A program made the translations under genes and the position numbers. Of a DNA stretch of 64,000 nt, positions 10,356-21,411 are shown in pieces. The notes beneath the pieces were generated by a model. It ran no database searches, was not told where the DNA came from, and was given only the letters and a program-made list of their open reading frames with translations. The DNA is from Paramoeba atlantica. Lineage: Eukaryota > Protista > Discosea. The stretch lies in assembly GCA_977017575.1 (NCBI GenBank), contig CDRNVI010000042.1, positions 62,001 through 126,000 of the forward strand, written 5' to 3'. Position 1 is the first letter of the stretch. Every line of letters starts with the position of its first letter.

Positions 10356-11843
10356 CAGTGGATAGTTTTTGTTCCCGCCTTTTCAAAGTCTTTATACTTT
10401 TGAAGTCTATTAGGGACTGCATCAATTGTGTTGCACACTTTACGTTTTTCCTGAGGACGTTATAGAATCTGAAAAGCTTTTTTAATGGCATCGGCGAGGG
10501 TAGCATGATTGTGGGGCTTAATTTTTTTCTTTATGATACCGTTCATTTGTTTCCAACATTTTCTATTGGATTTAAATCAGGCGAATTCGCTGGCCAAGAC
10601 AATTGTTTAATACGATATTTTATCAATTCACCTTTTGCCAAGTTATGGGTGGTAGCATTATCCATTTGCACAGTCACATTGTCAGCGTGGTCTTTGAGAT
10701 AATGTAAAAACCCATTAGGCTTCTGAAAGGAGTCAAGGATCACTCCCCCAGTGACCTTGTGCGCGTTTTCATAAGTTGTATTGTCATTGGGTTCAAACAC
10801 GTGCAAGAAAAATCCGTGTTCTACACTAATACCCATCCAAGCCATTACCCCCTTCCCCCCATACCACCTACGGTTTCTGCAGCGAGGTTTTCTTTGGCAC
10901 CCTTTAGGTCCAATGAAAAACTGAGACCCATGAACCCCACAGGTAAACAACTTTTCATCAGTCCAAATGATTTTGTTTAAATCTTCTTTAGGCCATGTAA
11001 GCAATTCGTTTGCTAATCTCAAACGCTGCGACTTGTGTTCCTCAGTTAGGTCACAGTTCGGCGACTTAGCCCATCTACCATAATCAATATTTTTCAAAAT
11101 AGTTCTTATTTTGTTTAACGAACATTTATACCCCATATTCAGCATTTGCTCGTGTATCCAAGTATAAGTTAAGCAACCATCGTACGTTTCGTTTTCATCA
11201 TCTACAATTTTTTTTACAAGGTCCTTAAACCGCCTTGATGATTTTTTCCTGGGGATTTTTGGGGTGTAAGATCTTCTCCTTCCTTCCACAGGTTAACAAT
11301 TCTTCTTATGGTGCGACGGTCACGTCCGAAATTATTAGATAATTTATGTATGCTTAATCCCTTTTTGTGTTGCTTTATTATTTCTTTTCTCTCGCAAAGA
11401 GGTAATGCCACGGTTCCTTTGTGGGATATTGGGGGATTGTCTTCTCTTTTGTCATTCCATCCTTGTACGTACTCCCCCTGTTTGGGGTTAGAGGGTCTGG
11501 TCTGCATAATGTAGAGGTGTTGACTATATTAAATTAGGCGATAGGGATGGTACTAGACATAGAGCTTTCAAATTATCAATTTAGAACACTATTACTCGTA
11601 CTTACATGTTCAAAATGTACAAAAAATCGGGAAAATATGACAAAAAATGGTTGTGCACATAGAAAACGTCCAAAAAAACAGTGTTTTTCGGACCCAGGGG
11701 GCACCAGGGGGTCTCTATGAAAAAAAAGGCGGCAAAGCTCTTCGCTAGGGGAACGAGATCTCACCAATGCTGCAAAGATGAGCAAAAATGGATAAAAAAA
11801 ATCAAAATTCCGAGGGGGGGGGCAAGATCAACTGAAACCACTG
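10356..11843 (-). mobile_element. Tc1-like element with disrupted transposase
   Basis: TA|CAGTGGTTTCAGTTGATCTTGCCCCC terminus at 11843 (minus strand). Possible degenerate opposite TIR CAGTGGATAGTT at 10356 (boundary uncertain). Inserted in the TA of an inverted R1 copy. Confidence 0.65.
10360..11507 (-). pseudogene. Tc1 transposase (HTH + DDE), frameshifted
   Basis: HTH LPLCERKEIIKQHKKGLSIHKLSNNFGRDRRTIRRIV. Catalytic motifs IWTDEK, QMDNATTH and WPANSPDLNPIEN. Frameshifts near 11250 and 10550, stop near 10460. Confidence 0.9.
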
Positions 11844-12320
11844 TATAATAGAAGAAAAATTTATAAAAGGGGGCTCCGGTGGTCCAAAATTGAAAAAAAT
11901 CGGGGGTCTAGGGGAGGGGTCCAGGGGGGGGGGCATACGTCGCGATTTTTTTTCGAAATCGAGCGCAGGGAAGTGGTAGAGTAGGCTGCGGCGATAATTT
12001 TCCACTCGCCCCCCCTGGTACGCGCAGGAAGGGTCCAACAAGGCCAAAATTTCCGAAATTCTTGGGGTGACCAAAAAAAAAATTATTTTGACCCAAAAAA
12101 AAGAAAAAATATTATTTTTCCAAAATCGACTCCTAAAACGTATTTTAGGAGTTTGGGACCTCAGCTACCATTCTACGACGTTTTTTTCGACAGATTCGCC
12201 TCCTACCCCTACTGGTAAGGCAGCAAAAGTGTCCCAAAAACGGGTTAAAGTTTCGCAATTTTCGCCAAACATCGGGCTTTTTTACCCCAAAAAATAGATT
12301 ATTCATGATATTTTGGCGAT
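11844..12320 (-). repeat. R1 family internal segment, inverted
   Basis: Reverse complement of segments at 9420-9800, 34200-34640 and 55380-55950 (e.g. GGGACCTCAGCTACCATTCTACGACG). Confidence 0.8.
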
Positions 12321-12329
12321 GTTTCTTTC

Positions 12330-13273
12330 AAACGCGGTGGTAGTTTTCAACGCGAAGCGCGCAGCATGAGTGACTTCTAAGTTGAAAACAACCACCGCGT
12401 TTAACGAAGAGCCTAAAAAAGAAAATTTAGCCCGGAAAGCTGAAGGAAACGGAAAGATTATAGCCAAAAATAGCCGATTTGCGGATATTTTTGCGTTTTT
12501 TTACTCTCAGAGCACTAAATCTGCTGTTTACGCGTGGGAAATCACTCGTAGGGATTAAACAAAGCCTACCGAACGTATTGGGTAGAGAATATGACTCCAA
12601 CCATACCATTCTTTCGACACCAAAAGACCCCTTGGGGTCCGAAAAATACTTTTTCACCATTTTTTGGTCAAAAATGGATCATTTTGGGAGGCCTACCACG
12701 GCTCGAAGAAGGGGTATCTTGCGAAAACAAAGGTGTAGCAAAGCTAGTATTTTCGAAATATAATTTTTTCAAAAAAATTTGCTCGACCATGACCCCCCCT
12801 GGAACCCCCCTGGACCCCCCCTGGACCCCCCTTGGGGTCCGAAAAATACTTTTACACCTTTTTTGGTTAAAAATGGGTCATTTTGGGAGGCCTAACACGG
12901 CTCGAAGAAGGGGTATCTTGCGAAAACAAAGGTATAGCAAAGCTAGTATTTTCGAAATATATTTTTTTCAAAAATATTTGCCCGACCATGCACCCCCCCT
13001 GGAACCCCCCTGGACCTCCCCCCTGGACCTCCCCTAGACCCCCCTAGACCCCCCCTAGACCCCCCCTAGACCCCCCCTAGACCCCCCCTAGACCCCCCCT
13101 AGACCCCCCCTAGACCCCCCATTTTTTTCAATTTGTTTTTCAATTTTGGACCACCGGAGCCCCCTTTCTTATTTTTTTCTTCTATTATAGCTGTGTTCCT
13201 CTTTATATTTTCACTGTTTTTGTTCACTTTTTCTATAATTGAGGGTAGAGCGGTAGTTATACAACCACCGCAA
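12330..13273 (+). repeat. R1 family copy with 200-bp internal tandem duplication and (CCCCCCCTAGA)n array
   Basis: Palindrome unit at 12330-12412. Duplicated unit starts at 12631 and 12831. Right TIR ends CCGCAA|TA at 13273. Confidence 0.8.
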
Positions 13274-14314
13274 TAAGGTCTTAGTAGGCAGATAGGGCAT
13301 TAAAATACGAACGTCAGAATATTTTATTCCGTCACATCCTTCTTTCTAATTCCGCTTCATGCCAAGGAAGAATCCTGAAGGGGATCAACAGAGAAAACTT
13401 TGGTTCTCGAGAGACCCTAGAAATCACGTTTTTTGTAGTGTGAAGTATGAAGTGTAGTATTCATAATGAAGTGCAAGTATGAAGGCCAACTTTTTGGACA
13501 CAAGCGCATAAAAACATCTGCGGAGAACTCCCCACTCAGGCCTCATTGAACACGTGAAGTCTGCCCACAGTAACTGTAGAGAAGTTATCACCACCGATGC
13601 GCATCTGCAAGAGATTGAGGCATTCCGGGTAAACGTAGCGCAAACACATGTACGACTTAATGCTGGGTACAGTTTGAGTACAGGTGTCCCAATATTTTTT
13701 ATCCCAAAAAAATAGATATTAAACGTCTAGTTTAAAAAATGAGAATGCGGCTCTGCATGATCATGTCAACGTGCAACTCCATTTAAGCTTTGCAGTTTAT
13801 ACACGAAGACTTCATGGACTTCATGGATGTCCATGAAGACCTACATACTACTTCCAGAATCCTTTAATGTCTCTTACGCATGACGTACATGCGACGTGCT
13901 TCCACTTTATTTAATCTTGTTTGATCTCACCGATGGTACTAACGCGGACCAAAAACCAAAAATTCAAAATCATTAATAATTATTAATAATTGACCCTTTC
14001 TTTTAATAATAATTAATAATAATTATTATGGAAAAAATTATTAATACAGCTATGCCCTCAGACAATATTTTTCCGGAGGTAATGGATGAAGAAAAATCAG
14101 AGGAAAAATCAAGGCTGTTTTGGCGCTCAAGGGAAGATTCCAGGTCGTAGGGAAACCCTTCAGACATGGGAAAGGTGTTTTCAGTAGTAGAAACGTAAAA
14201 GGAAGCTGATAGATAACCACTGTGCTGTTAAACTTTAAGTACATGTAATTTGCGGCGCTTAACATCTCAAAACTAAAAACGGCTTCCTGCTAAAAAAAAT
14301 AACCAATATTATTA

Positions 14315-15415
14315 CTGTCCCCCCCTACTTAAGAGTCCGCGGGGTACCCCCCTACTTAAGAGTCCTTTTTGACGGAGCCTCGGGCTGCCTGCGGCGCGCA
14401 GCGCCGCCAGATCTTTTTTGATTTTCTTTAATTTTTTTTTGTCGTCTGCCCATTGCGTTTAGTTGCGTTTTTAATATTTCCAAGCTATTTATACTTGATG
14501 GTAATCCGAGGAAGGAGCAGACTACGGACATGCATGGTACACAACCATCCTTCTCAACCCCCTTCAACTCTCTCGCGAACTGATCCAAGTTCTCCCCTCC
14601 GATCACTCTCCTCACACGAGAACGGCAAATCTGCCGACCAACCCCCTTCATCTATCTCCCCACCTAACCACGGTAACCTTCCGTTACCCCATTCCGGTAG
14701 CCAACCCCGTTCTCTTCTATCCCAAGTGTACGCAGTATTGCATTACGAATATCATACCTCCTAATATTATATTACCTCCTAATATCATTATATTCTCCTG
14801 CATATCAAGGTCCATTTTCTGAATATTTATGACAGTTTCTTTGAACATGTCTTAGTAGCACGTCGGGTTAACGTCAAAAATTTCCGAAACAGGCTTATTT
14901 CTCACTTAGAAATAAGCTCAAAGGATCCTTACTTGATGTATTTTGCCGAATGCACTCTGCGAATGCCTGGCGAAAATACGTGCGGACTACACGTAATAAA
15001 TAACTTATGTTCTCTATTTGGTGTTGAAAAAGAGTATTTTAGCAGATCAACACTATGCGATGATTGGTCTCCACACCTTAACTAGACAATAATTTTTATC
15101 AAATTCATAAAATTTACCACTCCTGATGTGAGTGCGTAATGGGGAAGTATGGTCAGGACCTCGTGGTCCTCCCTGGCACTGCTATCGTATCGATAGTACA
15201 GACGCCGACCTTCATTAGACAAAAATAGAGAAAAAAAATGGAGAGGAAAACATAGACAAAAAAGGAACCGGCCATGTTGAAATTTTATGAAAAAATGTTG
15301 AACCCCCCACTTAAGAGTCCAGAAAATTGTGACCCCCCCAATTAAGAGTCCAAATGCCAATTAAGAGTCCTCCCGAATTAAGAGTCCAAACGGGCTCTTA
15401 AGTAGGGGGGAGCAG
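14315..15415. mobile_element. MITE / non-autonomous Tc1-mariner-type element (1101 bp)
   Basis: TA|CTGTCCCCCCCTACTTAAGAGTCC ... GGGCTCTTAAGTAGGGGGGAGCAG|TA, with repeated subterminal TTAAGAGTCC motifs. Confidence 0.85.
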
Positions 15416-15594
15416 TAATATAGGATAACGAGGGAGTAGCATATCCCTCAATAATTATATGAATATCATGATATTTAATATGATAATTTCTATTATTAAT
15501 AGAAATTATTAATAATTAATAACGTTATTGTTAACTTCGGCTATGGTTGCCATTCTATCTGATCATTACTATGACTTCATAAGATCTATCGTGG

Positions 15595-18500
15595 ATGCTG
15601 CATTTGATTTCCGATGTGACTGCAGAACATGTGGAGTATCTTTCCGAGATAGGCCAACGGTACCAAAGAAAATTACCTACTTGTGGGAAGCATCCGCCAC
15701 ACTGTATAGATGAGCCTGTAGGTGAACAACAGACATACTCAGCACTGAGTTCTACCGTGCTCGGGCGCGTCGTGCTGCAGGACTCGAGCCGTGTGCGATG
15801 TGCCAAACTTAAGGATATTCGACACGCAAACGACACGATGTCTCCTTATATAGAAGGAATGCCTAAGATAGATGGCTTACGGATAGGAGTGATAATATAC
15901 TCTGGGCTCCACTTTGGTATTATATGTGAATCCCAAACCGATGAACTGTTCAGCTTCCTTCTTGAAGCAGGTAAAAAAACGTGTTTTTTGTACATATTTG
16001 AAGGACTTACTTCAAAAGTTGAAGCTACCCAGGAAAGGCCGTGTATGGCGAAAGATCTGCTGCTTCCGAACGGCTCAGTAGTATGCTTCTCAACATATGA
16101 AGGCACCCATCTGTGCCAGAAACTCCAATTGGCAGGTTTAAGGTCCGTAGTTACACCGAGTGACACAGCTGGAAAAAAGCTAAATGACTCTTCCAAAGAA
16201 AAAGCCTTTCTTACTACTCTGATGGCTCGTGTGTGTGCTTCTTGGATTCAAGAGTGTGTACATTCTTCGTCGATGATTTCGGATTCCTCGGCGACGAGTC
16301 CTGAGAGTGCGTCAAATGAGGGAGTGCACCCAAAGAATTGCGTAGGGGTCCATCCCTCACCTCATGTAAAAATCTGGTTCGGAAGTCCCCACCCCGATAT
16401 TGTAGCTCTCTCTCTCAAAGAGGTCGGCAACAAGGATATGACGTACACAACATTTTGTGAAGTTTGCCCCTCCGCGTTTGGCACACGCTTACCTCCATGG
16501 TGTAGCGGTAATCAATGCGATAAGTATCATCCGCCCGATCGACTCATTCATATATGGGGTCTAGAAAACGTAGTTCTCGTGGACAAAATCGTTACGGAAA
16601 CAGAGCAACTGGGTTCATTCTTTCCAAATGTCTTACTATTGCAAAAAAATGGGGGAATAGGCACCGGACCTTACCATATGGACCCACAGACTGAAAATGA
16701 CGCGCAAATGGAAGAGAGGCCACGGTACAACAATTTGTCGAATAATAGTAATCCCAACAATGTTATTGTCCCATGTTCAACCTTGGATCGCATTCCACTG
16801 ATACGAATGATGCCAATAGACGCAGAAAAACGAAGCAGGTCTGTCTCGCTGATCAAATTTCATAACATTGAGGAAAATGTTTGCCTTACTGATCCAAAAG
16901 ATCAAAAAAATGAAATTCGCTTGCCTACAACAAATGCTAAGTTAGACTCTACGTACTGTGAGGCTTCACAATTCCGTTTTTCAGCAAATCCTGTGACTTC
17001 TGAAACTTTCGGAAACCGTTTGGTGCGCAGCTCTGCAGATCGCAGATTGTCAAAAGTTGTCTTTCCGAGCTTGCCCAACACGAATGGCAAGAATTCTTCA
17101 AAGGATGAAACAATAAGCAATACCACGTTCGAGGATTCCCCATGCCTGAGTGAGTCTACTTCGAGGAAAGCAAATCGTACTCATCTCGATTTGGTTGCAA
17201 AATCGAGCGATCGCGTAACTACAGTCAGCGATGCCTTAGAGAATGATGTCATCGCCGTTGTATCGACGCCTCATAGTGGTGTACGTAGAGACTCAATGTT
17301 TTCCGAAGAAAGTAGTCCGAAACGAGACACTGTAAAGCTAAATCCCATTGATAAGGATGTAGCGCCTTTATGCAATGATGAAAAGGACGTTGTGGATGAG
17401 ACAATAAACAATACCACGTACGAGGATTCCCCATGCCTGAGTGAGTCTACTTTGAAAAAAACAAATCGTACTCATCTGGATTTGGTTGTAAAATCGAGCG
17501 ATCGCGTAACTACAGTCAGCGATGCCTTAGAGAAAGATGTCATTGCCGTTGTATCGACGCTTCATAGTGATGTACGCAGTGACTCAATGCTTTCCGAAGA
17601 AAGTAGTCCGAAACGAGACACTGTAAAGCTAAATCCCATTGATAAGGATGTAGCGCCTTTATACCATATAGAAAAGGACGAGCGAAGTGCTGTACAACAA
17701 GGGGAATTCTCAACGAATGATTTAGTGACGAGTAGCCCAATCGAAAATTTTACCACTCATTTGGAAGAAAAAGCAACATTGAGAGGTCGGAAAAGGAAGG
17801 AAACGCCTCCAGTTTCACAGTCTTGTGCCACGATTGAAGGAAGTATGACGGTCGGCGAAAGTCCAAAAGAAGTTCCAAAGGAAAGATCACATTTCATGCT
17901 CTTAAGAAACACCTCACGTACTGAGGTAGAAGATTCAACTACTGAGTTGCTTCAAATTTCCCAGCGGAAGACCTCGGAAAGGAAGGTTGAACGACGTCAG
18001 ATAATGCTTTCTGAAACCACGGAAGACGAAGAAGTACTACAGACTCCGAAAAAGCAGAAGATATTAAATTTTTCGTCACCAAATGATGAGAAGAAAGTAA
18101 TGAACGCACAATCGGTCAGACGTACTATGATACGCAAGCATCTGTCCGAACACAACCAAGAGCATTTTATCCCTTTTGACGACGATCTCTGCCGACTTCC
18201 GCAATTATCCAGCACTGTTTTCCTCTGGAGGAATCACTATCTATCGCCGAATCAGTCTTTACACTTGGAACCATTCTTCGACCCTGGAAGAGCCAACCCG
18301 CTTTTGACTTGTCCACAAGATTACGAGAATATTGCCGCACGTGGGAATATTTCCGAATCGAGACCCCGGACGCAGCACTCAACAAAGAAATCCCAATGCC
18401 GAAAGGAATGCGGAAAAATGCCAGTAACAAGGGTTCACAAAGGAAAACTACAACAGACCAACGTACATCTTTGTAGTGCTCGCGAAGTGATTTTGATTAA

Positions 18501-20391
18501 CTATGGATCTTCTGCCTTTTCTGTCTCAAAGGGGGAGGACTCGGCTATACCCTCCTTGGTGCTCCCGAAGGATAAAGAGCTTCGAGATTTTATCTCCCAC
18601 GTTTCCTACTGCTGTGCGATTCCGACTCTAGAGGCCCGAGCTCGTGCACTCGCCGCGGAGGTTTGTCTGCGGCTCGGGGGCAGATCTGACCACAACCCGG
18701 AACAATTTGACGAGGAAGCAGAGCGACACGTTCTTTCCAAACGGATCAATGCTTCTACTGGTGCTCCACGTGCTTGTGTGTCCCTCGGGACGCTTCGCCT
18801 GGGACTCTGTCGTCACCGCACTCTCCTGTTCAAACTCCTCTGTGACCTGTTTGAGGTTCCGTGCTACATGATTCGCGGCGCGGTGCATGAAGGGAACGAT
18901 GCCCCCAACACCACCGCCCCAGACCCCGGCGCCATTCACCACCGACACTCCTGGAACGTGGTCCGCATAAGTGCCGAGGTCGGTCCCCTCCCGCACCGTG
19001 CCCCCTCCCATGACCCTCTCACCGACTGGCGTCTCGTCGACCTCATGCTCCACGGTCCCCAACTCCACCCCCTCTCCACCCTCCCGGAACACTACCTCTT
19101 CCCCCACACCCCTTTCCTGGAGTGGTCCCGTGCCGTGATCGCGGGTCAACCCCTGTCCTCCACCCAACATGCCCTCCCCGCTCGTCTGCCCCAACATATA
19201 CCCCTCCCCCACCCCTCCCCTTTCCGCTCCCTCGCCCCCCTCGCCCTCCTCCCCCACCCCCTCCCCCACAACCGCCCCTCCCCCTCCCCCTCCCCCCTCA
19301 CCCTCGAGCGCCCCTGTGGCTACGGCGTCACCGGGGTAGTCTACAAGGCCTCCCTCTCGGGGTACACCGTCGCGGTGAAGACCATGCGGGCCCCAAGGCG
19401 TTCTACCACGACCCCCCCCTCGCTCCCCCCCGCGCTCCACAACGAGTACCGCTGGCTCCACGCCCTGCGCCACTCCCCCCACGTGATCTCCGTGCTCGGG
19501 GTCCACACCGACGCCACCGCCTCCAGCCTCTACCTCGAGTTCCGCACGCACAGCCTGCTGTGGCTGCTGAACATGCGGCGGGAGGGGCTGGACCTCGGGG
19601 CGGTGCTCGCGGTGGGGCTCGGGGTGGGGGCGGGGCTGGTGGGGCTGCACGGGCTCGGGGGGGTGCACCGGGACGTGAAGGCGGAGAACGTGCTGCTGGA
19701 GGCGTACCCGAGGGAGGTACGGGCGCTGGACCTGCCCCCGGAGGAGGGGGGGTGTGAGATTCGGTGTGTGCAGCTGTGTGATTTTATGGAGGCGTGTGAG
19801 GCGGGGCGGACGCCGGAGATGGATGAGGAGGGATGGGGGAGGGAGGGGAGGGGGGAGGGGGAGGGGGAGCAGGGGGTGCCAGAGAGTTCTCGGGTGACGG
19901 GGAAACGAATGGTGTGTGCGGTGACGGGGACGGAACCGTATATGGCTCCGGAGATTTTGCATAACGCGGGGGTCCAGATGCCGCATTTGGGGAGGAAGGG
20001 GAAGTGTGCGAACCCGGTGGTGTGGCAGCCCTCCGCGGATATCTGGGCCCTTGGCGTGTTGCTCTGTGAGGTGTGTAATCTGGAGCTCACCACCAGTGCC
20101 TCGTTGACGAAGGAAAATGCGCGGGAGGGGGGAAAACGGAGGTCCAAGAATGAACGGTTTGTCGCGCGTACAGTGTCATTCACGCTGGCGAATGGAAAGG
20201 CAAAGTCGATTGTGATTCCACAGCTCCGAGATCCAGATCACTGGCCCCCGATTCTGGTGGAGGTTATAGAAAGATGTCTGGAGCTCAATCCCTCGAAGCG
20301 TATAACGGCGAAAAGGGTGGTATCCCAATTGAAAGTTTTAAAAAGGAAGAGTGCGCTAAATGATGCTACATCGACGGATGTGCCGAGGTAG
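15595..20391 (+). CDS. Large Ser/Thr protein kinase with EDR1/CTR1-like domain, 1598 aa
   Basis: EDR1-like LGTLRLGLCRHRTLLFKLLCD..HSWNVV. Kinase motifs GYGVTGVVY, VAVK, HRDVKAENVLL, DFM, GTEPYMAPE and ADIWALG. Confidence 0.85.
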   Translation: MLHLISDVTAEHVEYLSEIGQRYQRKLPTCGKHPPHCIDEPVGEQQTYSALSSTVLGRVVLQDSSRVRCAKLKDIRHANDTMSPYIEGMPKIDGLRIGVIIYSGLHFGIICESQTDELFSFLLEAGKKTCFLYIFEGLTSKVEATQERPCMAKDLLLPNGSVVCFSTYEGTHLCQKLQLAGLRSVVTPSDTAGKKLNDSSKEKAFLTTLMARVCASWIQECVHSSSMISDSSATSPESASNEGVHPKNCVGVHPSPHVKIWFGSPHPDIVALSLKEVGNKDMTYTTFCEVCPSAFGTRLPPWCSGNQCDKYHPPDRLIHIWGLENVVLVDKIVTETEQLGSFFPNVLLLQKNGGIGTGPYHMDPQTENDAQMEERPRYNNLSNNSNPNNVIVPCSTLDRIPLIRMMPIDAEKRSRSVSLIKFHNIEENVCLTDPKDQKNEIRLPTTNAKLDSTYCEASQFRFSANPVTSETFGNRLVRSSADRRLSKVVFPSLPNTNGKNSSKDETISNTTFEDSPCLSESTSRKANRTHLDLVAKSSDRVTTVSDALENDVIAVVSTPHSGVRRDSMFSEESSPKRDTVKLNPIDKDVAPLCNDEKDVVDETINNTTYEDSPCLSESTLKKTNRTHLDLVVKSSDRVTTVSDALEKDVIAVVSTLHSDVRSDSMLSEESSPKRDTVKLNPIDKDVAPLYHIEKDERSAVQQGEFSTNDLVTSSPIENFTTHLEEKATLRGRKRKETPPVSQSCATIEGSMTVGESPKEVPKERSHFMLLRNTSRTEVEDSTTELLQISQRKTSERKVERRQIMLSETTEDEEVLQTPKKQKILNFSSPNDEKKVMNAQSVRRTMIRKHLSEHNQEHFIPFDDDLCRLPQLSSTVFLWRNHYLSPNQSLHLEPFFDPGRANPLLTCPQDYENIAARGNISESRPRTQHSTKKSQCRKECGKMPVTRVHKGKLQQTNVHLCSAREVILINYGSSAFSVSKGEDSAIPSLVLPKDKELRDFISHVSYCCAIPTLEARARALAAEVCLRLGGRSDHNPEQFDEEAERHVLSKRINASTGAPRACVSLGTLRLGLCRHRTLLFKLLCDLFEVPCYMIRGAVHEGNDAPNTTAPDPGAIHHRHSWNVVRISAEVGPLPHRAPSHDPLTDWRLVDLMLHGPQLHPLSTLPEHYLFPHTPFLEWSRAVIAGQPLSSTQHALPARLPQHIPLPHPSPFRSLAPLALLPHPLPHNRPSPSPSPLTLERPCGYGVTGVVYKASLSGYTVAVKTMRAPRRSTTTPPSLPPALHNEYRWLHALRHSPHVISVLGVHTDATASSLYLEFRTHSLLWLLNMRREGLDLGAVLAVGLGVGAGLVGLHGLGGVHRDVKAENVLLEAYPREVRALDLPPEEGGCEIRCVQLCDFMEACEAGRTPEMDEEGWGREGRGEGEGEQGVPESSRVTGKRMVCAVTGTEPYMAPEILHNAGVQMPHLGRKGKCANPVVWQPSADIWALGVLLCEVCNLELTTSASLTKENAREGGKRRSKNERFVARTVSFTLANGKAKSIVIPQLRDPDHWPPILVEVIERCLELNPSKRITAKRVVSQLKVLKRKSALNDATSTDVPR
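17104..17680 (+). repeat. In-frame tandem duplication of 291 bp (97 aa) within the kinase
   Basis: DETISNTTFEDSPCLSEST... starts at 17104 and DETINNTTYEDSPCLSEST... at 17395. Confidence 0.9.
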
Positions 20392-20658
20392 TGGGGCTCG
20401 TAGGGGGCTGTGTAGTAGACTGGGGGTTGTGAGTAAACATACGAGACTAGGAGCAGGCTTGTGTAAGCTCCGGTTTCCTGTACTGATCGTAAGAGGCTAA
20501 GGTCGTATGTCCGTCTAAGGTGCTTAATGTTTGTCTAATGTACCGTAATCTATAGCTATCAGATTTTTTCGCGTTTTTTGTTCTACGCGTTACAATATTT
20601 TAGCGCGATTGGTATTCTTAAAAAATCTATGTTTTAATGTTTTGTACATACTTTACGA

Positions 20659-21411
20659 ATGGAATCTACGATTGCCATCAAAAACGCCCACAATGGACTC
20701 TACGAACAACTGGACTCCCTGTCATATGGATTAACGCAACTCGCCTCCGTCGATAAAGGTCGAAAAGGAAAGCGTTTTCGAGAAGAGAACTCGGTGAGTT
20801 CCTCACATGTAGAGGTGATGTCGATGTGCTTCCGTGCACTAGCAACGCAGGGAATGGTTCCATTTGCGCCATCCATTCGCGCGGAGCTCCGTGACTTGTT
20901 TAAAGGCCGAGACATTGATCCGAGTTCGCTTGCGGGTTTTCTTCTTAACGGCACTGGGCTGCACTCTCGTACGCGTCATGAAACAGACTCCACAAAGAAG
21001 CTAAGAAAAGAAAAGCGAGCACTCCTATGTGTGTCTATCACACGTGTACTGTTGTATTACATAAGTGAGTTGCATAGTTGTTACGAAGTTTTTTGTGACC
21101 CCATGAGTGCAGTTCTGGGAACACAAGGCACTGCTAGAGTTAAGACCAATGGTGGTCAAAAAAGACTTGCGATTTGGCACTCCATCCGAACGTTTGCCTC
21201 CGTTGTGCGAAAAACAGAACAAAAATATCTGCAAAGGCATGCTGTGAAGCATCAAACAGAAGTACTTTCAAGCACTACATCTCAATTAAGTATATCCACA
21301 TCCCAAGGTTGGCAACAAATAGAAACTCTGCAAGTCGGTCTAAGATATATTTTGCCGTTCTTAAAACACTTGCCGGACTTTAGCACGCATTTTCCCCAAT
21401 CATTCGTTTGA
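20659..21411 (+). CDS. Hypothetical protein, 250 aa
   Basis: ATG-initiated ORF on the cluster strand. No family recognised. Confidence 0.6.
   Translation: MESTIAIKNAHNGLYEQLDSLSYGLTQLASVDKGRKGKRFREENSVSSSHVEVMSMCFRALATQGMVPFAPSIRAELRDLFKGRDIDPSSLAGFLLNGTGLHSRTRHETDSTKKLRKEKRALLCVSITRVLLYYISELHSCYEVFCDPMSAVLGTQGTARVKTNGGQKRLAIWHSIRTFASVVRKTEQKYLQRHAVKHQTEVLSSTTSQLSISTSQGWQQIETLQVGLRYILPFLKHLPDFSTHFPQSFV

Noticed and set aside
13020-13120. Telomere-like repeat
   Set aside because: The unit CCCCCCCTAGA is not TTAGGG-type and sits inside a dispersed repeat family in the middle of the contig.
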